Assembly: GCA_050950825.1 (NCBI GenBank)
Contig: JBMNIH010000010.1
Coordinates: 205,181 to 269,180 of the forward strand
Source of the DNA: Clostridia bacterium
Lineage (GTDB): Bacteria; Bacillota; Clostridia; JAAYHZ01
Direction: 5' to 3'
Length of the DNA: 64,000 bases
The notes beneath the pieces are model-generated. The model saw nothing but the letters and a program-made list of their open reading frames with translations. It had not been told where the DNA came from and did not search any database. This document shows, piece after piece, positions 41,885-51,132 of the stretch (within the stretch, counting starts at the first letter, position 1; the number at the start of each line of letters is the position of its first letter). A program made the translations under genes and the position numbers.

Positions 41885-42931
41885 ATGATTCAATACAATC
41901 CCGATTTGTACGGTTTGGAATTTACTTATGACGAATTCCACGGAATGCCGTGGAAACAGGTAGGCAATTCCGGATTAAGAGCTCCTGTTATCGGACTGGG
42001 TACGTGGAAATTCGGATACCCGGAAACGGGAGACGGAGCTCGTGTCGGTGAAAAAGAAGCCTTCACCATTTTGGACAAAGCCTGGGAGGAAGGCGTTCTG
42101 CTGTGGGATACCGCCAACAGATACAACGCGTCTTCCGGTAACTCCGAACGCGTCTTGGGAAAATGGTTCGCGAAGAATCCCGAGAAAAGACGAGACGTGA
42201 TTCTTGCCACCAAAATGTTCGGAGCCATGGATGGAAAAACACCCAACCACTGCAGACTGTCCCGTAACAATATCAAGGATGCGGTTTATGCTTGCTTGGA
42301 TAGGCTGCAAACCGAATACATCGATTTGCTGTATTTCCATCGATTTGATCCCTCTACTCCGGTAGAAGAAAGCTTGTCGGCAATTGAGGACCTGGTGGCC
42401 GGCGACTATATCCGTTATTTAGGCGTTTCCAACTTCTCCAAAGAGAATTTGGAGCTTTACAAAAAGGTAGGCGAAAGCATGTCCATACGGACAAAGGTGG
42501 TCGCCGTTCAGAACAAATATGACCTATTGCACGGAGAATACGCTCCGAACGAAGGCGTTTTGCAATACTGCGCCGAAAACGGTATTTCCTTCATACCCCA
42601 CGGACCTTTGGCATCGGGGCTTTTAACCGACCGCTATTTGGATGCATCCAAGGTAGGCAAAGGGGACCGTTTGTATGACGAAGGAACGTACGATCCCGTT
42701 AAATTAAAAACGGAGCTTGAAAAAGTGGCTGCCATTAAAGAATTGGCAGGCCGATACGATTTGACGGTAAGCGAAATGGCTTTAGCCTATATGCTTACAT
42801 TAGACGGTATGGGGAGCCAGATACCGGGTGCATCGTCGGTAGCCCAATTGGTTTCCAACGCGAAGGCCGGGAAAGTCGTTTTGCCCGACGAAGCCAAGGA
42901 AGCCATGAAAAAGATCACCGGTATAGGCTAA
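41885..42931 (+). CDS. aldo/keto reductase
   Basis: IGLGTW, DTANRY, LATK, IDLLYFHRFD, LGVSN, PLASGLL. Confidence 0.92.
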   Translation: MIQYNPDLYGLEFTYDEFHGMPWKQVGNSGLRAPVIGLGTWKFGYPETGDGARVGEKEAFTILDKAWEEGVLLWDTANRYNASSGNSERVLGKWFAKNPEKRRDVILATKMFGAMDGKTPNHCRLSRNNIKDAVYACLDRLQTEYIDLLYFHRFDPSTPVEESLSAIEDLVAGDYIRYLGVSNFSKENLELYKKVGESMSIRTKVVAVQNKYDLLHGEYAPNEGVLQYCAENGISFIPHGPLASGLLTDRYLDASKVGKGDRLYDEGTYDPVKLKTELEKVAAIKELAGRYDLTVSEMALAYMLTLDGMGSQIPGASSVAQLVSNAKAGKVVLPDEAKEAMKKITGIG

Positions 42932-42965
42932 AACCGAAAAAATCCTTTTGGAGTATAGAGAAAGT

Positions 42966-43808
42966 ATGAGCGTAACGATTGGTATTGATATAGGGGGGAG
43001 CACAACAAAAATTGTCGGATTCGTAAATCGGACAATGATAACCCCCTTTTTTGTAAAAGCGGATGATCCCATTGCATCGCTATACGGTGCATTCGGGAAA
43101 TTTCTATCGCAAGAGAATATTATGATTGCCGACGTGGATCGAGTCATTATGACGGGAGTCGGCGCTTCCTATCTGGCGAAACCGATTTACGGCATTCCCA
43201 CGGGCAGAGTCCAAGAATTTATCGCCACCGGTTTAGGAGGCCAATACATCAGCCGGCTGGACCGCGTAATTGTGGTCAGCATGGGCACCGGTACGGCTTT
43301 AATTAAGGCCGACAAGAAAAACATATTCCATATGGGCGGTTCCGGTGTTGGCGGAGGTACGATTTTAGGTCTTGCCGATCGAATGCTAAAAATTCGAGAT
43401 ATTTATTCTCTGATTAATTTGGCCGAAGAAGGAGATTTGTCGAAGGTAGATCTTTTGGTACGAGATATTTCACGAGACGAAATTCCCGGTTTGCCCCCGG
43501 ATACCACGGCGGCGAATTTCGGCAGAATCAACGATATGGCCAATTCCTCGGATTTGGCATTGGGAATTCTAAACTTGGTGTTCCAAACCATTGGAATCAT
43601 TGCGAATTTTGCGTCAAAAAGCGGGGATATCAAGGACATTGTCTTAACCGGTAATTTGACCACCATTCCCCAAGCGAAAAAAATAATGAACAATTTGTCC
43701 GCTCTGTACGGAATCAACTTCATTATTCCCGAGCATTCCGAGTACGCAACGGCGGTTGGAGCGGCCTTGGCATACAAGTACGATGTACCCATAGAAAAAA
43801 TAGAGTAA
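42966..43808 (+). CDS. type II pantothenate kinase-like (ASKHA) kinase
   Basis: GIDIGGSTTK, TGVG, EF.A..LG, VSMGTG, GGSGVGGGT, TAANFG. Confidence 0.75.
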   Translation: MSVTIGIDIGGSTTKIVGFVNRTMITPFFVKADDPIASLYGAFGKFLSQENIMIADVDRVIMTGVGASYLAKPIYGIPTGRVQEFIATGLGGQYISRLDRVIVVSMGTGTALIKADKKNIFHMGGSGVGGGTILGLADRMLKIRDIYSLINLAEEGDLSKVDLLVRDISRDEIPGLPPDTTAANFGRINDMANSSDLALGILNLVFQTIGIIANFASKSGDIKDIVLTGNLTTIPQAKKIMNNLSALYGINFIIPEHSEYATAVGAALAYKYDVPIEKIE

Positions 43809-43819
43809 AGAGAGGACTT

Positions 43820-45181
43820 ATGAGACGGACTGTCAGTTTAATATTGACCTTGGCTTTGGTTTTTCTTTTGTTCAGCCCGGTCAGCGCATTGACTCATCCG
43901 CCTATATATGTTTCCGGTGCCGACGCTTATGTTTTGATAGATGCAAAATCCGGAACGGTTTTGGCTTCTTATGAAGGCGATAAAAAAATATATCCGGCCA
44001 GTACCACGAAAATATTGACGGCTATTGTGGCCTTGGAAAAGGGAAGCTTGGATATGAAAATGACCGCGTCGGTGGCGGCGGTCCATGATATAGGCAAAGA
44101 CGGGATGAATATCGGAATTCAAGCCGGGGAAGTTATGACCATGGAGGATTTGCTGAACGCCATGCTGGTGGTTTCGGCAAACGAAACGGCGAATATTATC
44201 GCGGAAAATATATGCGAAACAAGACAAGAATTCATGGACCTTTGCAACCAAAAGGCTGCAGAAATCGGAGCAACCGACACCCATTATACCAATCCGTGCG
44301 GTATGCATGAGGACAGCCATTATACCACGGCCATGGATTTGGCGAAGATTGCAAGGCACGCCATGCAGAACGAGGTTTTTCGATCCATTGTAAGGAAAAC
44401 GAGCATTCAATTGTCGCCTACAAACAAGCATTCCTCATGGAATACTTTGTACACCAGTAATATTTTGTTACGAAGCAACAATTTCGAAGGCTACGAAATT
44501 ACCGGTATCAAAAGCGGGTATACCGACCCTGCCGGGCGCTGCCTTATTACAAGCGCAAGAAATCACGCGGGAGAAGAGCTTATTGCCGTAGTGATGGGTG
44601 TACGTGCACCGAACAGCGGGGAAGTAATAACGGATATCACCACCAAGCTGTTTGAATACGGCTTTAATAATTTCAAATCCTTGAATTTGGTACGTAAAAA
44701 TGTTTACTTAGGACTTCATTCCGTGGAGAATGCACGGGACAACATGCCTTTGGTTCTTGTCGCCCAAGAAGACTTGGATGTGTTTACCTTGGCGAGTTTG
44801 GACTTGGATAAGGTAGAGGTCAAGCTCAATATCAATGCGGAATTGGAATTGCCCGTTAAAGCAAACGATCCGGTAGGAACCGCCGATTATTATTACGAAA
44901 ATGAATTGTTAGGCTCGGTAAACATCGCGGCGGGAAATAACGTATATGCGGAAGTGAAGAAGGATCCGGATCCGAAGGAACGGCCGGAAAATCCGGATGA
45001 TATGAATGAGCCTTCGGAGGAGATCCAAGACGACGAAAAAAGCGTGATTCAAAAGATTCTCCAAATAGGGAAAATCGTGATCGTTATTGTCGGGGCTCTT
45101 TTGTTGGTTTACTTGTTTTTAGCCCTTATGGTGAATATCCAAAAAAGAAAAAGAAACGGCAGAAGAAGAAGGAATCCGTAA
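43820..45181 (+). CDS. D-alanyl-D-alanine carboxypeptidase (peptidase S11)
   Basis: signal peptide, PASTTK (SxxK), SAN, KSG, C-terminal TM anchor. Confidence 0.92.
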   Translation: MRRTVSLILTLALVFLLFSPVSALTHPPIYVSGADAYVLIDAKSGTVLASYEGDKKIYPASTTKILTAIVALEKGSLDMKMTASVAAVHDIGKDGMNIGIQAGEVMTMEDLLNAMLVVSANETANIIAENICETRQEFMDLCNQKAAEIGATDTHYTNPCGMHEDSHYTTAMDLAKIARHAMQNEVFRSIVRKTSIQLSPTNKHSSWNTLYTSNILLRSNNFEGYEITGIKSGYTDPAGRCLITSARNHAGEELIAVVMGVRAPNSGEVITDITTKLFEYGFNNFKSLNLVRKNVYLGLHSVENARDNMPLVLVAQEDLDVFTLASLDLDKVEVKLNINAELELPVKANDPVGTADYYYENELLGSVNIAAGNNVYAEVKKDPDPKERPENPDDMNEPSEEIQDDEKSVIQKILQIGKIVIVIVGALLLVYLFLALMVNIQKRKRNGRRRRNP

Positions 45182-45291
45182 AAGTATTTGCATGGAAATA
45201 AAACGTTCCTTCGGAACGATTGATAAATTAAATATAACAGGATAAGGAGGAAATGCTACTCCCTTTGTCTTTTAAGTAGCACATAACGGCC

Positions 45292-48200
45292 ATGTATTTC
45301 ATTGAAGAAAAAGTCGGTAAAACGTGTAGGGACCTTGAAGATTTTACGATCGTGAAATTGGCGGATATATATCCTGTCTATTATTCGAAAGGCAGGTACA
45401 AGAATGTACAGGAGGCATCGGATCCTTCTATTGCCTGGGAGGTGTACCAAAACGGCACCCCGTGGGCGGAAAGAGACTCCCATGCGTGGTTCAAGTTCGA
45501 AGTCCGCGTTCCCGAAGAGTACGAAGGAAAATCGCTGTCCGTCTATATCATGTCCTACCAAAAAGGATGGGACGCTACGAATCCCCAATTCATGGTATAT
45601 TTGAACGGACGACCGGTCCAAGGAGTAGACGTTAACCACACCCGTATCGTATTGACCCGCAATGCTCGCCCCGGAGATATCTTTAAAATCGATATGCACG
45701 CCTACAGCGGCATGGTGGCAGGGCAGGACAAGTTTTTGCCCGTTTTAGCGGAAGTCCGTGAAGACGTAAAGGCCTTGTATTACGATATCAAGGTGCCCTT
45801 GGACATCATTAAGTTCATGGACGATAACGATAAAGACAAGCATGACATGCTGACGGTTTTGAATCAAACCTGCAATATCATTGATTTTAGAAAACCCGGA
45901 AGCTCTCTCTTCTATGAATCCGTAAAGAATGCTACCGCCTTTATACGCACCGAGCTTTATGAAAAAATGAAAGATAAGTCGGACGTCATTGCTACCTGCG
46001 TCGGTCACACCCATATCGACGTTGCTTGGCTGTGGACGGTAGAGCAGACCCGTGAAAAAACCGGAAGAAGCTTTTCCACGGTTATAAAGCTCATGGAGGA
46101 TTATCCGGAATACATCTTTATGTCCAGCCAGCCTCAGCTGTACAAATTCCTTAAAGAAGACTATCCGGAAGTTTACGAACAAGTAAAGGAAAAAGTAAAA
46201 GAGGGAAGATGGGAAGCGGAAGGCGGTATGTGGCTGGAAGCGGATTGCAACGTAACCTCCGGCGAATCCTTGGTAAGACAATTCTTGTTCGGCAAAACCT
46301 TTTTCAAAAACGAATTCGGCGTGGACAACAAAATCCTTTGGCTGCCGGACGTGTTCGGATACAATGCCGCACTGCCCCAGATTATGAAAAAATGCGGTAT
46401 CGACTACTTTATGACCACAAAAATCAACTGGAACAGGCATAACAAGATGCCCTACGATACGTTCTTATGGCAAGGGTTGGACGGAACGGAGGTTTTGACC
46501 CATTTTATCACAACCCAAAGCGCCGATGAGAAAAAGTTCTTCACCACATACAACGGCATGCTGAATCCCAGCTCCGTGATCGGAGCATGGAGACGGTACA
46601 GCCATAAGGATATGCACGACGACGTGCTGATCTCTTACGGCTACGGAGACGGCGGCGGCGGTCCTACCGAAGAAATGCTGGAAAATATCCGCAGAATGGA
46701 AAAAGGCTTGCCCGGCTGCCCGAGGACAGTCCAAGGAAGAGCTTTAGACTACTTCAAGCGCTTGGAAAAAAGCTTTATTGAAAACAAGCCCAAAGAAAAA
46801 GTGCTGCCGAAGTGGATCGGCGAGCTGTATTTGGAATACCATCGAGGAACCTACACCTCCATGGGAAGAAACAAGCGTGCAAATCGTAAGTGCGAGCTGA
46901 TGCTTCATGATATCGAAACCTTGTATGCGCTTTTGATGCAGGACGGCGTGGATTATCCTCAAGAACAAATCAATGCGATGTGGGAGAATGTTTTGTTGAA
47001 CCAATTCCACGACATTTTGCCCGGCTCTTCCATTAAGGAAGTTTATGACGTAACCCTGAAAGAGTACAACGAATTGCAAAGACAAGGCGGAGAATTGATT
47101 CAAAAGGCCCTGAATATCATTAAAGAAAGGGTCGGCTGCGAAACCGATTCCGTCATTGCCGTGAACACGTTAGGAAAGAAAAGAAACGACCTTATCGAAT
47201 TCGAGTCGGATAACACCGTAGAATCCTTAAAGGATCCTATTGAAAACAAGGCTTATCCGGTTCAAAAGGTGTCTTCGAATAAATACTTGGCATATGTCGA
47301 AGACGTTCCCTCGAAGGGATACAAAGCCTATGCGTTGAGCGCGGATAAGATTCCGGGAAATACCGGTATGGTTGTTACCGAAAAACGGATGGAAAACAAG
47401 TTCTTTGATATTGTTTTCAACGAAAAAGGAAATATTCAATCCATTTACGACAAGGTCAACAAAAGAAACGTTTTAAAGCCGGGACAGGCAGGAAACGTGC
47501 TGCAGGTATTCGAGGATCGTCCTCGGTCCGATGAAAACTGGAACATTGAAATTTACTATCCGCAAAAGATGTATGAAATCGACGATGTGAAGTCCGTTGA
47601 AGTCATCGAGGAAGGACCGGTAAGAGGCGGAGTAAGAATCGTATGGAAATTCTTCGATTCCACCGTTACCCAAAACATCTATATCTACGAAAACATTCCT
47701 CGAATCGACTTTGACTGCGTCATCGACTGGAAGGAACAGCGGCTGCTTTTGAAAACCGCATTCCCGGTTCAAGTTCATGCGGAAAGAGCGACCTACGACA
47801 TTCAATTCGGTAATATCGAACGGACGGCTCATACCAATACCTCTTGGGATATTGCCCGATACGAAATGGTTGCACATAAATGGGCGGATTATTCGCAATA
47901 CGACTACGGCGTGGCTTTGTTGAACGACTGCAAATACGGACATGACATCCGCGAAGGAAACATGCGGTTGACCTTATTAAAGAGCGGCATGCATCCCAAT
48001 CCGGAAGCGGATAAGGAAGTCCACTACATGAAGTATTCCTTGGTTCCTCATGCAGGAACTTGGAGAGATGCCAACATTCCCGCATTGGGCTACGACTTTA
48101 ACGTTCCCATGTACGCCGTAACAAAGGAAGGATCCGATAAGGGCTGTGCTCCTTGTTCGCTTTCTCTGTTCGAAACGAACATTTCCGACCGCGTGGTCAT

Positions 48201-48426
48201 GGAAACGGTGAAAAAGTGCGAAGCTTCCGACGAATATGTCATTCGTTTGTACGAGTGCTACAACTCCGATATCACTTGTACGTTGACATCCTTCAAGAGC
48301 TTTGCTTATGCATACGAATGCAACATGCTGGAAGAAAACATTTGTGAAATTCCCGTTGATGCAAACCGTATAACCTTTAAGATGGGTCCTTATGAAATAA
48401 AGACCTTGAAGGTGAAGCTCGTATAA
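45292..48426 (+). CDS. alpha-mannosidase, GH38
   Basis: GHTHIDVAWLW, WLPDVFGY, GYGDGGGGP, ELYLEYHRGTYT, NQFHDILPGS. Confidence 0.93.
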   Translation: MYFIEEKVGKTCRDLEDFTIVKLADIYPVYYSKGRYKNVQEASDPSIAWEVYQNGTPWAERDSHAWFKFEVRVPEEYEGKSLSVYIMSYQKGWDATNPQFMVYLNGRPVQGVDVNHTRIVLTRNARPGDIFKIDMHAYSGMVAGQDKFLPVLAEVREDVKALYYDIKVPLDIIKFMDDNDKDKHDMLTVLNQTCNIIDFRKPGSSLFYESVKNATAFIRTELYEKMKDKSDVIATCVGHTHIDVAWLWTVEQTREKTGRSFSTVIKLMEDYPEYIFMSSQPQLYKFLKEDYPEVYEQVKEKVKEGRWEAEGGMWLEADCNVTSGESLVRQFLFGKTFFKNEFGVDNKILWLPDVFGYNAALPQIMKKCGIDYFMTTKINWNRHNKMPYDTFLWQGLDGTEVLTHFITTQSADEKKFFTTYNGMLNPSSVIGAWRRYSHKDMHDDVLISYGYGDGGGGPTEEMLENIRRMEKGLPGCPRTVQGRALDYFKRLEKSFIENKPKEKVLPKWIGELYLEYHRGTYTSMGRNKRANRKCELMLHDIETLYALLMQDGVDYPQEQINAMWENVLLNQFHDILPGSSIKEVYDVTLKEYNELQRQGGELIQKALNIIKERVGCETDSVIAVNTLGKKRNDLIEFESDNTVESLKDPIENKAYPVQKVSSNKYLAYVEDVPSKGYKAYALSADKIPGNTGMVVTEKRMENKFFDIVFNEKGNIQSIYDKVNKRNVLKPGQAGNVLQVFEDRPRSDENWNIEIYYPQKMYEIDDVKSVEVIEEGPVRGGVRIVWKFFDSTVTQNIYIYENIPRIDFDCVIDWKEQRLLLKTAFPVQVHAERATYDIQFGNIERTAHTNTSWDIARYEMVAHKWADYSQYDYGVALLNDCKYGHDIREGNMRLTLLKSGMHPNPEADKEVHYMKYSLVPHAGTWRDANIPALGYDFNVPMYAVTKEGSDKGCAPCSLSLFETNISDRVVMETVKKCEASDEYVIRLYECYNSDITCTLTSFKSFAYAYECNMLEENICEIPVDANRITFKMGPYEIKTLKVKLV

Positions 48427-48456
48427 TTTTTCGGGTATGTTTAAGGAGATGATTTT

Positions 48457-49188
48457 GTGGCTATTGGGAAAATCAGCTTTTTGTCCGGCACGTTAGGGTT
48501 TACCACATCCTTTAATGTGCTTTTGCCGGATACCGTTCAAAAAGGCGAGAAGGTGCCGGTTTTGTATTTGCTCCACGGCCTGTCCGACGACCACAATATG
48601 TGGCTGGTTCGCACCTCCATCGAGATGTACGTGCGTTTGAAGAAGATTGTCGTGATTATGCCGGAAGTACAAAAAAGCTTCTATTTGGACATGTACTACG
48701 GAGACGCTTACCATACGTATATCACCAAGGAACTGCCCGAAGTTTCGAGTAAATTTTTCCCGATCGACCCTGCCCGGCAATATATTGCCGGGCTTTCCAT
48801 GGGAGGCTACGGAGCTTTGAAGGCGGCTCTTTGCCATCCGGAGCAATACATGGCGGTAGGAAGCTTCAGCGGCGTAACCGACATTGTGGCTTTTGCCAAG
48901 GATGCCAATAAAAGCGAGAAGTTTTTGATCAGTCTTTTCGGTCCGGACCTCAAAGTGAAGGATACGGATAACGACTTGTTTTATGTGGCCGAAGGCTTGA
49001 AAGGTAAGGTTCCTTCCATCTACCTGTCCTGCGGCACCGAGGATTTTTTATACTATCAGAATATTCGATTTAAGGAACACTGCTTAAAATTAGGTCTTCC
49101 CGTAACCTACTACGAGGAACCGGCGAGTCATACTTGGGATTTTTGGGATCGGCAAATCAAACGCTTTTTGGAGTTTATAGGAATATAA
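48457..49188 (+). CDS. alpha/beta-hydrolase esterase (tributyrin esterase/FrmB-like)
   Basis: YLLHGL, GLSMGG nucleophile elbow, CGTED, HTWDFW. Confidence 0.88.
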   Translation: MAIGKISFLSGTLGFTTSFNVLLPDTVQKGEKVPVLYLLHGLSDDHNMWLVRTSIEMYVRLKKIVVIMPEVQKSFYLDMYYGDAYHTYITKELPEVSSKFFPIDPARQYIAGLSMGGYGALKAALCHPEQYMAVGSFSGVTDIVAFAKDANKSEKFLISLFGPDLKVKDTDNDLFYVAEGLKGKVPSIYLSCGTEDFLYYQNIRFKEHCLKLGLPVTYYEEPASHTWDFWDRQIKRFLEFIGI

Positions 49189-49236
49189 AGAGCGGTTGAT
49201 TCATAAATTTATATAATAAGCCAAAGGGGTGAGGGT

Positions 49237-51045
49237 ATGAGGAAAGCAAGATTTTGGATACTCCTGTTCATACCTATTTGCTTGCTGTTCCTAATATCGT
49301 CTTGTGTCGGTTCGCAAATCGATATGGAGGAAAGCGAGTCAAAAGAACCGGAAACGGCCGGAGAAACGGAAAAACAAACGGTTGTTGCTTCCGAGTCGGT
49401 AACCGAAAAGAAGGAAACGACGACGGAGCAAAGGGAGACGACGACCGTCAAAGTCACGGAAACGACGGCGGCCAAAACCGAGACTACGACTTTGGTTACG
49501 ACAACGGCGAAGCCGGACTTCTCCAAGATGACCGAATTGGAAAAGTATCGCTACGAAAGGGAGCTGCTGAAAAACGATCCCGACAGAAAGTTTTTGTATG
49601 ACAACGACGGCTGCGAAATCGTGTATTATACCAACGAAGTGTCGGTAGACGGCGTATTGGCACCTCGATTTTACCCTTTAAAGGATACGGCCGTGGATGC
49701 GGTACTTTATACGCCTTGGTCTTCCGGATTCGGCATGTTTACTCACAACACCAAAATCGGGCAGCTTTTCGACTGTACCGAATCCAATTTCAGCAACAAC
49801 AAAGCTCGACAGCTTATTGAGGCGGGGATCGACTTTTTGACGGAAATGGTGAGATTTTGCCATGAAAACGACATGGAATTCTTTTTCTCCATGCGGATGA
49901 ACGATACCCACGACAACCAAGGCGATTGGTACGGCGACATCATGTTCGAATACAACAAGCTGAAAACGAGCCGGCCGGATCTGTTGGTAGGAACGAAGGA
50001 GAATCCCCCCAAATACGGAACCTGGACCTCGGTGGACTATACCAAGCAAGAGATTCGAGATATGGCTTACGCCATATTCGAAGAAGCCTGCCAAAACTAC
50101 GATATTGACGGAATCCATTTGGACTTTTTCAGGCACCCCTGCTTTTTTAAGGATGCCGCCGAAGGCAAAGTGTTGCCCCAAGAAACCTTGGACCTTATGA
50201 CCGATATGGTCCGTAAAATACGGGAAATGACGGAAATAGAAGGAATGAAACGGGGAAGGCCCATCTTGGTATCGATACGGGTTCCCGACAGCGTGGAGTT
50301 TTGCAGGGCAATCGGGTTGGACATCGAAAAATGGATGGAAGAAGACCTTGTGGATATCTTGTGTACCTCCAGCTACACCCAATTGAATTATTGGGAATAC
50401 AGCGTGGAGTTAGGCCATAAATACGGGGTGCGGGTGTATCCTTCCGTAGACGAAACCCGAGTTCGAGACGATAACGCCAATGCGACGCGCATGTCTTTGG
50501 AAAGCTATGCTGCACGTCTTACCAATGTTTGGAACTCCGGGGCGGACGGATTTTTGCTCTTCAATTACTATAGCTATAACTCTCCCATATTTAAGGTGGG
50601 AGACGACACCGAAAAGCTTTTAAACTACAACAAACACTATTTCGCTTCTTACCGCGGAGTCGGCTACTTTTCGAGGACATGGCCTCACAGAGAATTTATC
50701 AATATACCTACCGTGAATCCCTATGACAAAATGGAATTAAAGAAGGGTCAGCCGGTGACGGTTGTATTCCCCATCGGAGAGGATTTGGAAAAGGCCATTG
50801 AAAAAGGGAAAACACCCTCCGTCAATTTACGGATTTCCTTGTCCCAAGCAAAGCAAAAGGACAAAATTGTTGTAGAGCTCAACGGCAAGGTTATGGAAAA
50901 GCCTTTGAATGTTCCGAGCATCTTATCCTACCGTCTAGAGCCCAACAACATTGTAAAGGGCATGAACACGCTAAAGCTCATGATTCTTCCGGAAGGAGAC
51001 GATTTGGTTTACATAACGGATATCGTGGTGGATATTTATTATTGA
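49237..51045 (+). CDS. lipoprotein with Thr/Glu-rich linker and glycoside-hydrolase-like TIM barrel (GHL10-like)
   Basis: lipobox ISSC, T-rich linker, YDNDG, SMRMNDTH, DGIHLDFFR. Confidence 0.65.
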   Translation: MRKARFWILLFIPICLLFLISSCVGSQIDMEESESKEPETAGETEKQTVVASESVTEKKETTTEQRETTTVKVTETTAAKTETTTLVTTTAKPDFSKMTELEKYRYERELLKNDPDRKFLYDNDGCEIVYYTNEVSVDGVLAPRFYPLKDTAVDAVLYTPWSSGFGMFTHNTKIGQLFDCTESNFSNNKARQLIEAGIDFLTEMVRFCHENDMEFFFSMRMNDTHDNQGDWYGDIMFEYNKLKTSRPDLLVGTKENPPKYGTWTSVDYTKQEIRDMAYAIFEEACQNYDIDGIHLDFFRHPCFFKDAAEGKVLPQETLDLMTDMVRKIREMTEIEGMKRGRPILVSIRVPDSVEFCRAIGLDIEKWMEEDLVDILCTSSYTQLNYWEYSVELGHKYGVRVYPSVDETRVRDDNANATRMSLESYAARLTNVWNSGADGFLLFNYYSYNSPIFKVGDDTEKLLNYNKHYFASYRGVGYFSRTWPHREFINIPTVNPYDKMELKKGQPVTVVFPIGEDLEKAIEKGKTPSVNLRISLSQAKQKDKIVVELNGKVMEKPLNVPSILSYRLEPNNIVKGMNTLKLMILPEGDDLVYITDIVVDIYY

Positions 51046-51073
51046 CAAAAAGGATACGGAAAATTTTTAACAA

Positions 51074-51108
51074 AGAAGCGGCAGCTCACCGAGTGATCTG
51101 CCGCTTCT
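51074..51108. terminator. terminator hairpin between convergent genes
   Basis: AGAAGCGGCAG...CTGCCGCTTCT. Confidence 0.7.
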
Positions 51109-51132
51109 GTCACTTCTTTTTGATTGATTCTT

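Noticed and set aside
45253-45294. Pyrrolysine read-through of the in-frame TAG before the alpha-mannosidase
   Set aside because: No pyl genes in view, the SD is only 2 nt from the upstream ATG, and the extension adds no recognisable domain.
49330-49515. GAAACG/ACG-rich repetitive stretch as a repeat array
   Set aside because: Encodes the Thr/Glu-rich linker of a lipoprotein.
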